From the NCBI RefSeq assembly GCF_004010195.1, contig NC_057718.1:33904967-33968966 (forward strand): a stretch of DNA of 64,000 nt, given 5' to 3'. Source of the DNA: Chiloscyllium plagiosum. Lineage: Eukaryota. The notes beneath the pieces were generated by a model. The model searched no databases and had not been told where the DNA came from. It was given only the letters and a program-made list of their open reading frames with translations. The translations under genes were made by a program, and so were the position numbers. Shown one piece after another: positions 12,711 to 25,681 of the stretch (positions are counted from its first letter, which is position 1; each line of letters begins with the position of its first letter).

Positions 12711-14824
12711 GCAAAGGTCTTCCCTTTTTATTCTTCTGTATTTTGGATAATGGACTGAAATGAGAAGCACTGATTTAAAAAAACAAGGATTGTGGATGGG
12801 ATTGCTGCACTTTTTAAAAGCAAGTTACTGAAACTCATTGGAAGTGAGGTTTACATTACTACAATGTTCAATCTTTGTGGGAGGCTGGTTGCAAACAGGC
12901 AGGCACCGGGGGTATACGCAAACTGAGATTCAGCCAGTTTATTGGCTTGTGAAGCTGTGCACAGCTGTGGATTACAATGGCCATCTGCCTGCCAACAACT
13001 ATGTGATTGGCTTATGGGTGTGAATAATATTAATCACAAAATTTCAGATCATTGAAAGGAGATAGTATGTCTTTGCAGTAGAAAATGCCCAAAGCCTGAA
13101 GAAAGCCAGTTTTTCTTTGCCTCATGAGTTGCTGTAAGCTGTTGATTTTAATCAGTGAGGCAGAGACTTTGTCATTTGTGAACCAGTCACTTTGTGTTCC
13201 AGCAAAGAAGTGAAAAGATTCTGGAGAAGAGAAATTGAAGATCAGCAAGTCGTGATAAGCAAAAGAGTAATTTCAGTGAACCCTGTGGTCAGGAGCCATT
13301 GAACTAACTTCATATTTACTTTCCCCCCTACTAATAACACCATTTATTTTGTGTGTCTTCTATCTGTATTGGAGGGAGAGTTTTATGAGGTGTAGGTTTT
13401 AACCAGTAGAATTATGTGTCAACTGTTTATACTTGTTTATTTGTAGCTAGAATCCAAATTGTGTGTAAGCCATGGAGTGATTTCAGAGGCTATCCTTGAC
13501 TGAAGGGTATCTCCCTTGACTTAACTGAGAACTACTTCCTTTGTATTTTGAGACATGGCCATTTGGTTGATGTGTTAGAACCCTCCCTGTTTTTTCATTA
13601 TTTTTGTTATTCTTTTATCAATTTTGGTCATGAGCACTGAATTAAGAACTGAACTGAAAATGACCATTGGACTGTGGACAACAGCATATATTAAAATAAA
13701 AAGAAAAACAAGCTATTGTTTGTTTGCGAGGCCAAGCCTGGAAGTTAATTGCAGGTTGGTGCTTCTTCAAAACCTGTCAAATGCTTTGACAGCAGGGGAG
13801 AGCAGTATGTTTAAACAGATAGTAGGTGTTGCCATGAACAAGGCCAGTACCTGGGAATTGGTTCCAATAAGTCTGGGAAAGACTTATGTTCCGGCAGATA
13901 GCAACGTTGAATAGTAACCAAGACCTTGTGGGGAGACAGTTAGTCTGATAGGGAGAGGCCAGGTTTTGGACTGTATGTACTGGGAGAATGAGTTTGGCTG
14001 TTGATGATACAGCATGAAGATTTGAAAGCTACCTATCTAACCTCCTGTTATCAACTATTGGCAGTTGAGAGAATAAAAATCAAGTTATACATATTACTAA
14101 CTTCCTCTGAGGCGGCTGAAAAGGTGGCCCCCGATTGACATCTTCAGAAAAGCAACCAAGAAACACCATATAGCCTGGGGAACAAGGCATGATATAAACC
14201 ACTTAAGTAATCTGGGCAGTTCTGTTATTTTGATTTATTTTGTTTATTCCTTAACTCTATTCGTTTGTCTCTGTTTTTTGTGTGAATGGAGTTGAAAGCA
14301 AACGTTATTGGGTTTAATCATATACATCAGTTAGATTACTTTGTTGTTCAAATTCGCTGTGCAAAAGGAATTGTTAATAAATTGCTAAGTCTTTTGTTGA
14401 AGTTACAAAACCAGTGTCTAGATTGATTATTCAGAGTCTGAGATTGTTTATTCAAAAAGTCTGGTTAGTAACTATTGGAGTCAATTTTGAGGGTCTTTTA
14501 AAGTTCCATTTTTACTCGGCTACAAATGCAAAGGTAGAAAGGCTGATTTGATTTGGTTGTTTATCTCTGTACAGAAGCATATGCAGTCTGCTTGCGAAAT
14601 AAACTGCAAGTGTGTTCGTTCTACCAGTGTGAGATTGGCGTAGCTCTGCCATACAGCAACATGTCTGTCCCCTTGACTGTTCATAACCAAGATACACTGT
14701 CTGGCTTTATGGCTGGGCTGAAAGACATGTCACGGTAGAAGTACTGTGCACTTGTTAGCTCTGGCTAAGAAGGTAAAGTGCAACAAGGCAAGGCAGGAAT
14801 GTTATGAACATCAAAGTAGGCACA

Positions 14825-15075
14825 AGTGAAAGTCAAAGTGTGGTGCTGAAAAGAACAACAGGTCAGGCAGCATCCAAACAGCAGGAGAGTCTACGTTTCG
14901 GGTATAAGACCTTCATCAGGAATGTGGAGGTGGTGGAGGAAGGTAGTTGGGAAGGCAATAGGTGGATGCAGATGGGGGTTAATTCTGATAGATTGGTGGA
15001 AAGGTGGAGCGAATAGGTGGGAAGGAAAATGGACAGGTGAAGAGGGCATTGCCGAGTTGGACAGTTGGAGACGAA
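14825..15075 (-). mobile_element. Penelope-like 3' end (family A) with a hammerhead motif
   Basis: Minus strand ATTC-CTGATGA-A-GGTC(TTAT)ACCC-GAAA-CG-TA at 14888-14923, plus an upstream pyrimidine-rich UTR. Confidence 0.7.
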
Positions 15076-17103
15076 CAGAGGGAATGAGCATTCCTGAGGT
15101 GTTCCCAGTTTAATCCATGAGCTGGGTGCTCATCCCAAGGTGCAAAGTGTCCTTGTAGCGCATTGTAATAGGTGCCGGTGCACTTTGAAATACAGAGCCA
15201 TCCTGTAAGTGGTTTAGAGATGTGCCATAATGATGCAGTGAAGCTGGTATGTATCTGATGCCAAGGTCCATGGATCCTGAGTGTCTGCGGCTACGTCTTG
15301 TGGATTGCCTTGACTTGCTGTTGCCAGGTTTTCAAGCAGGAGGTTCAAAGAAGCAAGTCACCAAATTATCACTCTGATTTTTACGTTGGGAATTCCCAGC
15401 ATCTAGTTATTAATCTGGCATATTAATGAGGCAAGATTAAATAACAATGAGTGTTAATGAATTATGATATATTCTAATAGGCCGATCACCACTCACTAGT
15501 GAGACTCTTATCTCGATATCCAAAACTTAATGGAAACTGGGACATGTTGGTCTCCACATGGAGCAGTCTCTTACTGGAATCTCACTGATTTTCTCAAATT
15601 TATTGTCAAATGTTGTTCTATCTGCTCTTTAGCTTTTAATATGGCCGTAGTCAGTCGTCTTCGCTATACAGCGTGAAATCAGGAGGTAGAGGTAGGAAAT
15701 GATTCTCAGTCAGTTTTACCTCTTAAACCCAGCTTGGATTCCTGTCTTCCTTCAACAAAAATATATTGTATATTTATGCTGTAATTTTCCTTCACAGTGA
15801 GCAATGTGGTTCTTATGGATAAAATTTTACTTCCTGTCTAAACCCTGTGATTTTATCAATCTCCAAAAGGGTGTAATGAAACCCAATGCAGTGTAAAGAC
15901 TTCCTAATATAACTTGTTTTGCTCTTAAACTCAATTTTAGGATCAGTATCATACAATAGAACACCAACTAGTTCAATCCAGCACCCAGATGAGAGAAATG
16001 TTTCCATTCTGTAGTAAATGTTTACAGATGTACACTAAATGCTTCTGGATGTTTTCAGTTAATTTTGCAGTGGCTGAGTCCCAGATCAGAAGTATATTAA
16101 TTTTACATCATTAACACAACCTGAAGTAGTTACATTCACTCTCCTGGATGTGAGTTTTTAGTCATAGACTTAAATAATTTCTGGCAAGCTTTTATTCTTT
16201 TTTTTTTCCCCCATACCTGTCTTTAGAAGTGTTTTACATTTTATCTTCGCCCTGACGATTGATATCCTTGCCGTTAAGGTACCCTACAGCCTTCGGGACT
16301 GAACATTTAGTTTAGCAATTTCAGAGTACAAACACCTCTATCCATGTTCATTACCCACCACCACATCCCTGGGCCCTGTTCTGTATGGGTTTTTCCTAAC
16401 ATGACCAACCAATATTCAACTATTCACTTTTCCCGTTATCACCAATTCAGCATTCACCTCTGCTGGGCTTACTATAAGCCATCCTTTGTCTGCTTCCTTT
16501 TTTTTCCCCTTTGTCTCTGGGCAACATCTCCATCCATTCAAAGAGTTTTTACTTTCATATTGAGAGGATTAGACACTGTCACAACTTCCTGGCTTTGAAG
16601 TGCACACAATTTTTGAATGTGAAACTAAGGTATAATTTCCCAATTTCTCCTCCCTCTCTTCCCCAATGAGTTGAGCATACTGTTAAACTTTCTTAACATT
16701 TGGCAATACTTGCTCTTAAGCATTTACTTTAGGATCAATTTCCACACAATTAGCCTGCCTCATCAGATGGAATTCAACATAGAGTAGCTGGCTTCACGAG
16801 ATGTTATCTGCAGTAATAATGAACAGCAGTAGAATATTAAAGTTTTACATTTTCTTCCAAGTTAAGGTCATAATTCAAGTATGCAAGGTCCAAAATTTGA
16901 ATTATGATGGCTAGTGGGGCATCTAAGATGTCAGTATCTATGAAGCACAGAAATATTTGAGGAAATTTAGCTAAAAGGATAAAAATGGCAATGTCTAAAT
17001 TGCTTCTTGTTTATTTCAGCTGAACATGGATAGTGGTTGTACTTTTATTTTGAAATTTAGCTAAATATAAATATTAATTGCTTTTTTTTCTTTTAATTTT
17101 TAG

Positions 17104-17176
17104 CATTGAGATGCAAAGCGTTACTCTCACATTGGCTTCAAAGTTAGTGAACTATCTAATGCTGAAGGAACGGGAG
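17104..17176 (+). CDS. THADA: THADA internal coding exon (73 nt; IEMQSVTLTLASKLVNYLMLKERE)
   Basis: Polypyrimidine tract plus AG at 17102-17103 and GTAATG donor at 17177. The translation resembles human THADA EIQSVALRLASKVISHHMQTCVE (recalled) and splices in frame to the next exon. Confidence 0.9.
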
Positions 17177-17271
17177 GTAATGGAAACTACACATTTGTAT
17201 AATGATAAATGAATGTGCTACTTCTGAGCGAGGCTTCTTTCGTGTTCTCATACATGGCTCTTTCTCAACAG

Positions 17272-17428
17272 AAATCCTTAGATTCCATAAGTCAAGATCT
17301 TAGACAGTGGATTCATTTACTTGCACAAAGTTGTGGAGCTGAGCAGCAGACAGAAATTCGATTGACAGCTGCAAAAGTTCTCATTGAGATTATCCCATCT
17401 TTGCTTGCCAATAAACAACTTTATTTTG
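17272..17428 (+). CDS. THADA: THADA internal coding exon (157 nt; KSLDSISQDLRQWIHLLAQSCGAEQQTEIRLTAAKVLIEIIPSLLANKQLYF)
   Basis: TTTCTCAACAG acceptor and GTGAGT donor at 17429. Resembles human THADA ELKQWVQLVILSCEDHLPTESRLAVVEVLTSTTPLFL (recalled). Phase 0 start, phase 1 end. Confidence 0.92.
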
Positions 17429-19152
17429 GTGAGTAAATACTTCAGGCTAAATAGAAGATGTAGGCAGGAAATATATTTGCTAATGCTCTGTGAATAGATA
17501 CATGATTCCAAATATATTTGCATCTATGATTTGGTTATATTCTTCCTCAGAGTTATTTGTAAAAACTCTGTTCTGCAATCTTAGCTTCCGCTATATATTG
17601 CATACATTTATAATGCAATTCATTCTTTGATAACTTTAATATTGCTACAACTTGTTGCACTATCACTGCATTCATTGCAATGCTTCTTCACAGTTGATGA
17701 AAGCTTGCCGTAAACATGCCAAACAGCCCTTAAAATCTTGTTTGATAATATGTTACTTAATTGTAGTTGAAGATCCCACCTTGACTGGTCTGAACATGTC
17801 TAAAATATGAGTTCATGAAAAGTAGTTCTAATTATTTCTAATTGATTTTAAATCTTGAGTAGAATTTATTGTTTTCCCTTGGAGGCTTAATCGATCCAAA
17901 TCTTATCTACCTGCCCTTGATGGGTAAATATTCTGAACTAAAAGGTACACGCAACTTTGAATGCTGCAGAATATTGCAGTCAGGTTTACCTGGATGCAGG
18001 AGAGTAAAAATACATTTCAGTACCAAGAATGATGTATTAATATAACTCAGCTTTTGGAAGCTGATTTTTAAAAAAAATTGTTACAATTTGCTATCAACAA
18101 AAGTTGATGATGTAGATTAATTTTACCTGTTAAAAGTACTACCAGGTTCACTACCAGCCCAAACAGACCAGAACTTCCTAATTCGTACTTTGCTGATTTC
18201 AGGTCAGTCAGTCAGGTGCCAGACAGTCTTATGGTCTTACCATTTAGGAGTGAGAGAAGTCAATCTTGTTCACAATCGGAATCGAATGACCGATACTGTA
18301 GAGTATGACCCAGAAAAGCTGTTCACAATGCTGCTTTTGGACTCAGAAGTTAGCAGCTCATAGAGTGCACAAGCTGACTCACAGGAAGCACTGGAATAAT
18401 GCCACCTGCCATATTATAAATGTAGAAATAGTAGTGTCCAGACCCATGGAGAATTAGAGGCCTCCTTTGTAAAATTAGATTGCCATAGGCACAGCCAGTT
18501 GAAAGAGCTGGAATTTTAAGAGGTTAGAATCTAGATCAGAGATTGATGGACATACAAATTGGTGCTGCCAGGTTCTGTGCCAGTTCACTGCCATGATCAT
18601 GAGCTCTTTTATTTGAGGTGCAATATTGTATTAGAATATCCAGGTGGTAATACAGATAGCCCTTGTTCATATTCATTTCCCACTCTTAATCATTATCCCT
18701 ATCTCACTCCTGATTTTTCTTCTCCTTTCCACTTCTGATTGCTATCTTCTTTTTCTCCCAGTTGTGAGGAGATAACTCTCCTGTCCAATCCTCCCCAGTC
18801 CGCAACCTGAGAACCATTACTGATAGTTTGGCAGCCAGCATTGAAATCCCCTTTGCTAGCTAACTGCCTGGGAATGTCCAAAGTAGGCTTATTAATTTCT
18901 AAGCGAGAAAGTATTTGGAAAGTTGAGGATAGGATAGCTTTTACAGTAAAATAGCATTTTACTTTTATTGTCTAATCTGAAATTTAAGTTTTTATACTTA
19001 GCTGGGTTTTATCAGGTTGCTGTAAAACCAAGTGAAAGTTGAAAGTTAGTTGGGATCTGGGGAAAAAAATCGAATTGTTGTAAATCAGGGCCTAAAATTT
19101 CTAAAATGAGTCGCTGTCACAGTTAATTTATAGACCTACTTCTGTTATACAG

Positions 19153-19284
19153 ATCTTCTGAATACGTTAACACTGTGGAGATGTATTTTCACCCTTCTGC
19201 AAGATGAAGAACACGTGGTGAGGGATAAGGCCACAGATATTATGCAGATGATTACACCTTTTCTGAAGGCTCGTAAGGAAGATG
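19153..19284 (+). CDS. THADA: THADA internal coding exon (132 nt; DLLNTLTLWRCIFTLLQDEEHVVRDKATDIMQMITPFLKARKED)
   Basis: ATACAG acceptor and GTATGA donor at 19285. Strong resemblance to human LQDTLALWKCVLTLLQSEEQAVRDAATE (recalled). Phase 1 start is compatible with the previous exon. Confidence 0.93.
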
Positions 19285-19959
19285 GTATGATTTCTTTTTC
19301 TATTTGTGAAAGAGAAGCTGATTATGTAACCAAAATAATTTTTGCACATACAAAAGTATGTGCATTTAGTTTATAAAAATGACCAATCAAAATTGAACCA
19401 TAAAACATGCATTTTGAAGAGTGAATGAAAAACCCATTGTTGTTTTATAAAGGGCATAACTTCAAAACAAATGCATAATTTATGAAAGAGATCACATGTA
19501 CAGTACTTCAGTGATATATGTAAAGATTCAAATTTTTCAACATCAGGACAAAATTATGACCAATTTAGTTTACAATCAGCATATGAAAAACATCTGCTTT
19601 GTAGTAATGAAAACATCTCCCATAGAATGGAAATTATCTCTGGTTGGTTGAATAGAAATTGTCTGCGGATTGGTCAACTCATAAATGTCTCTAGTAGAAT
19701 GGAAGATGTCTCTAACTATTGTTCATTTTAATTTCAAGAATACAATTCCTATTTATTTACAATCACTGGTGTATTATAGAACCTCAGGCCTCGTGCCGGT
19801 TAAGACAATTTTTTTTTCCCCTTTTCTCTCCCACAGAGTTTTCCCTCATGCTGAACTGTAGTTCATTGGGGGTACAAAGTCCTGATACCTAACCAAAGTG
19901 CTCATTCTTAATAATTAAATTCAGATAATTGGTGTGTCAGTAGCTAGTTAGTTGGTGCT

Positions 19960-20080
19960 CTCCACCCTTCAGACACTCCGCCTGTATTCCTGATGAAGGG
20001 CTTTTGCCCGAAACGTCGATTTTACTGCTCCTCGGATGCTGCCTGAACTGCTGTGCTTTTCCAGCACCACTCTACTCCAG
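19960..20080 (+). mobile_element. Penelope-like pLTR fragment (family A)
   Basis: Matches the family A pLTR and contains a hammerhead core. Confidence 0.75.
19986..20021 (+). ncRNA. Minimal type I hammerhead ribozyme motif (intact core, sense to THADA)
   Basis: ATTC-CTGATGA-A-GGGC(TTTT)GCCC-GAAA-CG-TC-GATT. Confidence 0.65.
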
Positions 20081-20289
20081 AAGTTGGTAAAGCTGCCATG
20101 CTTGGTTTGCATACACACTTTTTCAGTAGCCATTGTTAGATAGCAATTATAAGGAAGCACATTTCTTTTTGTCTTTCAGCTTTAGGTTCATGCAATGCAC
20201 TAGTTTATTTCCAAGTTGAAAGCAGCTAATCGAGCACATTCTGGAAATGGGACATATCTGAGGGTTCATTACTGTACCTGCAGGTCCTT

Positions 20290-20830
20290 TGTATCCTCTC
20301 TAGTACAAACAAATCCTTCGTATGGTGTGGTGAAAAGAACTGAACATAGTACTCCAGCTGAGGTCCAACTAACATTTTATACAGTTCCATCATAACATCA
20401 TTAAATCATAGAATTATACAGTACAGAAGAGGCCCTTTGACCCATGAAGCTTGTACCACCAAAAATATACTACTACCTACACAGCCCCACTTTCCTGCAC
20501 TAGGCCCAGCAACCTTGAATCTTAACGATACTTTTAGTGTTCATCCAAATACTTTTTAAAAGTTGTGAGATTTCCTGCCTCAACTACCCTCACAGGCAAT
20601 GCACTCCAGACCTCCACACTGTCCTCTGGGTGAAAATGTTTTTCCTCAACTCCCCTTTAATACTCCTGTCTTTCACTTTAAACCTATACCTCCTTTTTAT
20701 TGACCCTTTAATCAAGGGGAACAGTTGCATTCTATTCACCCCTCCATGGTCTTCAATCTTACACATATCTATCATGTCCCCCTCAACCTTCTATGCTCTA
20801 ACTGCTGTTGTATTCATTGCCTCAGCTAAT
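20290..20830 (-). mobile_element. Old CR1 fragments
   Basis: ORF 20590-20775 (LFPLIKGSIKRRYRFKV..KNIFTQR) and a 3' tail near 20405. Confidence 0.7.
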
Positions 20831-23506
20831 AAGGACGAGCATTATCTCTGCGTCTTAATCACTTTATCAACCTGAAACTCTAGTCAAGCTATATCCCTGT
20901 TATTTATATCTCCATGTTAATTACATTTGTAAACCAACTGATAGATACAAACTGTTATCCATTTTTCAGTGCTAACTTAACGGTTTGATAGTTTGTCATT
21001 TTAACATTTTTCTTTCGTTACACAATAGATATTTAGATATGCTGTAACTGGTATGCTCATTGCTATTTATATTAATAGTGATCTAATGTGACATTTTGCT
21101 TGCATAATGACTCTAAGTTGGATTATTCCTGTTAACAAAGTGGAAAGTGCAAGGTATGTTCATTAAACTAGACCACTGCAAAGAACTGTATGCTTGTTAG
21201 ATGGGGCATTAATATCTTCTAAGGCCTATCAAAGTGATTATTTGGATTTTCACTTATAGAAGAAGTAATGCTTTGACATAAATTAATTAAAGTACGTATC
21301 ATGAATAATTGATGTGTTATTTCATTATAGATTAACAGGGGTATTAAAGATAAGGCAATGTTTTGAGTTAATGAAACTGAATATAGTCCCCTTATCCTTT
21401 TACCCTCCTTCCAATAATTTCCTCCATTCCTTCACCAAACAAAAAAATATTTATTTTGGATGTAGACTTCATCAATGAACTCCCTCTGTCAGAAGCTGAT
21501 TGGTGCTAGTTTGACAGACTTAACTTTAAAAAATTGAGTATTTACTTTCCTTTGCCAAAGTGCATTAAATGAAATGCTGCACTGTATTTTTTCCTCCTTG
21601 CTGTCTGTAATTCATTCTACCTCCTTGATGCTGATACTCCCTCATGCAGCAATGAAGAAACAAATAATGCAGTAAGAAAATAGATGGCATTTAGTCAAAG
21701 CTAATAACTGATATACAGACTGAAATTTTAAACATAAATAAATAGCCTTGAGTGTACTGTGTTCTTAGAGAACATTGATACCCAGGGTAACATAACACAA
21801 TGGCACAGCTATTTTGAAACGTGGCATATATGATTCTTATGACAGTTAGTAGATGAGAAGATGGAGCAGAGAACAAGAAATTGGATTTTTTTAAAAATTT
21901 ACTCGCGGGACCTGGGCATGGTTCATTGTCAAACATAAATGCTGACCAATGTTGTACTTGACTTATTTAAAATGCAGCATGCTGTTCTGTGCTTGGACTT
22001 GCAACAGGCTAAGTTGCATTGTATCATGGCATTAATTTGCATCCGTAAACCTTCATACTGACTCCATGTTAGCTTTACTATTAAAGGAAGTTCAGATTGT
22101 AGAAAACTTAAAAAATGAAAGATTTTTTTCAAATATAAGAACATGTTGACACAAGTTGTCTCTTTCTTAAAGAATTACATTACAAAAATTTTGTAACAAT
22201 TTAGCATTTAAAGTTTTTTAAATCATGTTATAGCCTGCAGCTAACCCATGCTTTTAACCATGCTCAAAAAGCTGTTTTACAGGATGTGTCAATGTGGTTA
22301 GCACACACATTACAGTGTTGCCAGCAAAAATATTTTGTTGACCGATACTACTTCTTTAGACCCTGCATTTCATAGTAACAAAATGGAAGAAGAGAAATAC
22401 TTTTTGCTTCTCCTTTTTATTTCTGTGAATCACACATATTACAATAATTATACCAACTAGTAAAAACTAACATAATTAATGTTGGCTTTCCACTATGGAG
22501 TTTGTGCCCATTGATTCCCCAATGACAGTTGGAATAGTAAAAGGATTTACACTGGGATTCTGTCACTTGTAAGTTACAGTGTTATTAATGTTCCTGTCCT
22601 AGTTGATTCTATGACTGAGAAACATAACTAATGTATTTCAGAAAGCAAAACCTTCAGTTCCCACTGCTAGTGAATGTGGAAGCAGGAAAGATATTTAAGT
22701 AGGCAGGTGATGGCACAACTGAACACTACTACCTTCCCGCCTCACCTAAATTGGCTCATGGTCCACATTCCTGCACTTCCACAGCCTGAGGTCCTTAAGT
22801 GGCAACTAATGACCACCTTTACGGTCAAACCTTGCTGCAATCCATATTCACTCAACTGCAAGCATGCCTATCAATATGTGACATGCATGGCAGCTGAAAC
22901 CAAATGGCCATCTTGGCAACTCAGTGGAGGATGTCCCTTGATCAAATGTTCATGATGTGTTTTGTTTCCAGCAAGGTATCTTTGCCTGTTTTGGTAATTC
23001 TTTTATTCCTCATAATATAAAAAATTTGGATGTGGCTAACAAATGTTTATTACAACTCACCAATATATACAAATGTAAAGTTCACAGGCTGATATTAAGC
23101 TGCTTGGTTACAAAGAGTAACATGCTTTTGTCAGCGACTCATTTTTCGCATTTGCTCTGTGCACTTGTCTGACACCTTGGCTGTTTTGCTGCTGGTTATT
23201 GTCACTCAGTGTCACCGACAATCATCATCTTTGGAGTTAACATCATTATTCTGTTCATACACAACTGGTAATTTGTACATTTGTGTGAGCTGCTCTCTGT
23301 TCCTTCACAATGCAGCACCATGCTCAACATGACTTGAACAGGTTGCATATACTAGAAACCTTTGGTATCCAAGTATTTATATGTGCATTTCTAACTCTCA
23401 CTCTCTGTCTCGTGTTCGGTTTTGGTAGTTCTTTATCTGATCACTCCATTTTTTTTTCTTTCTTCTCTCTATCTCAAAATGGTTAGACAATTGACGGCTG
23501 AGCAAG

Positions 23507-23900
23507 TGTTACAAACAGACTTCAGGCAAGGTTCCCTAAATTATTCTGATTCCAGACAGGATACCCAAATTGTCAAGCTCCTGGGTCCCCTTTTCTATTA
23601 GACTCCTCTCTCAGTTGACTGCAATAAGATTTTTTTTACAAAGGATCCTATACCTGGAGATGTCTTTCATCCAAACCAAATAAAATTATATTTTAAAACC
23701 AGTTTAACCAGGCTTTCGCCTCTATAAAAGACTGAGCTTATTTGTTACTAAACACGAGAGGAAATAATAATATACACACTTACACTGATTAGAAATGAGA
23801 AGTGAATTCAAAAATACGAGTTAAAAGATTAAAGGATCAGCTTCTGTGGCCTTATATGAGTAGCAGATAGTAAGACTTTGAAAACAACAGTAAATTTAAG
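23507..23900. repeat. Second copy of the dispersed, possibly LTR-derived repeat
   Basis: Begins TGTTACAAAC and is collinear with 3791-4130. Confidence 0.5.
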
Positions 23901-24344
23901 ATTTTTGAGCTCCTGCAGGTTAGTTGAGATCAATTTATCCTATTTCCTTATGATGTTGAATAGCTGTCAGCACTTAGAATGAGAGAGTGCATCTCCTCTT
24001 CTGTGCCCTTTTGACTGGCTTCATGACTAGCTGACTTCTAACGCTCAGAATGAGTGTGTCCTCTTCCTACAATGCAGGCATGACTTATGGGTGGTACTTT
24101 ACTATGACATCCACAGCTAGTCCAAGCTAGTACACAGCAGCACCTTAGCCCACCGGTGCACAAAAGCACCTCACTTCAGTAGCACACCTTCTTCCACCAT
24201 CACGTACAAACTGGTTGAACTGGATTTTAACCATTGTTCTTGTATGTTCTTGAAAGCAGAGATATAAAACATACCTCTTGCCAGAATTCTATCTTTTCTC
24301 ACATGTTCACAGTTTGAGAACTCCCAGGAGGTTATTTGGGAGCA

Positions 24345-24585
24345 CCATTGCTTGCAGATTTCCCTCCAAGTCACTCACCATCCTGACTTGGGAATATGCT
24401 ACTGTTCCTTCAGTGTCGTTGAGTCAAAATCCTGGAATTACCTCCCTAATGGAATTGTGGGTCAACCTACAGCACATGGAGTGCAGTAGTTCAAGCAGAC
24501 CACCACTTTCCCAAAGGCAGCTGGGAAGGGCAAGAAATGTTGACCTGGCCAGTGACACACACACATCATGTGTGAATTAACATAA
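24345..24585 (+). mobile_element. CR1/L2-clade LINE 3'UTR fragment
   Basis: CCTCCAAGTCACTCACCATCCTGACTTGG...GCAGTAGTTCAAG is shared with the 2990-3530 and 63040-63230 copies. Confidence 0.7.
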
Positions 24586-24621
24586 AATTATAGTTCAGTT
24601 TGTAGTCCTTTTCTGAATCCT

Positions 24622-24788
24622 AGCAGGTCTGGCAGCATCTGTGGAGAGAAATCAGAACTGAATAAGGGTCACTGGAACAGAAACTTTAACGTTAAATTTC
24701 CACAGATGCTGCCAGACCTGCTGAGATTTTCCAACAATTTCTGTTTTTGTTTCAGATTTCCAGCATGCACAGTTCTTTTGGGTTTTTT
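24622..24788 (+). mobile_element. Penelope-like pLTR with a short inverted 5' arm (older family)
   Basis: AGCAGGTCTGGCAGCATCTGTGGA is inverted against TCCACAGATGCTGCCAGACCTGCT. Decayed CTGAATA..GAAA core at the pivot and a degenerate ~15-bp duplication (24599-24614 / 24786-24799). Confidence 0.65.
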
Positions 24789-25681
24789 GTACTCCTTTCT
24801 CCCATTTTAAGTCCATCCCTTTAATGCTTTCTTTACAAACTTCTCAAGTCTGACATTACAGGGTTTTTATCTCTCTAGACAGCACTGAAGTTAAATCCAT
24901 AGGCATCTTTTGGTCATATGGACTTTATTTTTAAAAAAACAATTATTTTGGAATTAAAGCCTGATTATGTGTATTGGTGATCTGGTTTTATGATTTGTAG
25001 TCATTTCACAAGGTTGTTCATATTTAATTTCTGAGCATAAGTTATGCTGAGGTTGGTTATCTATCTCCATTGGTGTTTCATGAAAATGCAGCAATATGAA
25101 AGTTTTGTTTATTACTCAACATTTAACCATTGATTTGATCGTAGACCTATACTTTTTGCTGGACCATTTAAGCATGGAACCTGAGGTGACAATGTGATAT
25201 GCATAACTCCTTTTCAGTCCACATCTCTATAAATGTTATTCCAGTGATCTGCACTCCATTGTCAGATTGTGCCATTCCAGGACATCAAATAAACCGAAAA
25301 TAACAGTCATCATGTCAGGGATGGTTGTACCCTCTGTGTTGCTAACTCATTGAATAGTGGAAATTTGGAGAAATAATTAATTAACAGGAAGTAATCTTCC
25401 CTGTGAATAGGTCTGTTGTTACCTTGAACCAAGGAGGGAATGGAATACTGTGTGAATGAAGAGGCTTCCCCTTCTGTTGGGTTCAATGTATCTGCAATTC
25501 ATATGTGCTTTCATGAGTCATTGCATATCCTGATTCATCTCCGGCCAGCATAAGGATTCATATGCTAGCCATCTTATGTGTTCAATACTCTTATGCCCTG
25601 GTATATCACAAATATGATACTCTGGCACAATGCATTTGATATTGGGACATGCTTGCTCTTGAAAATAACTTTTTTGAAATA

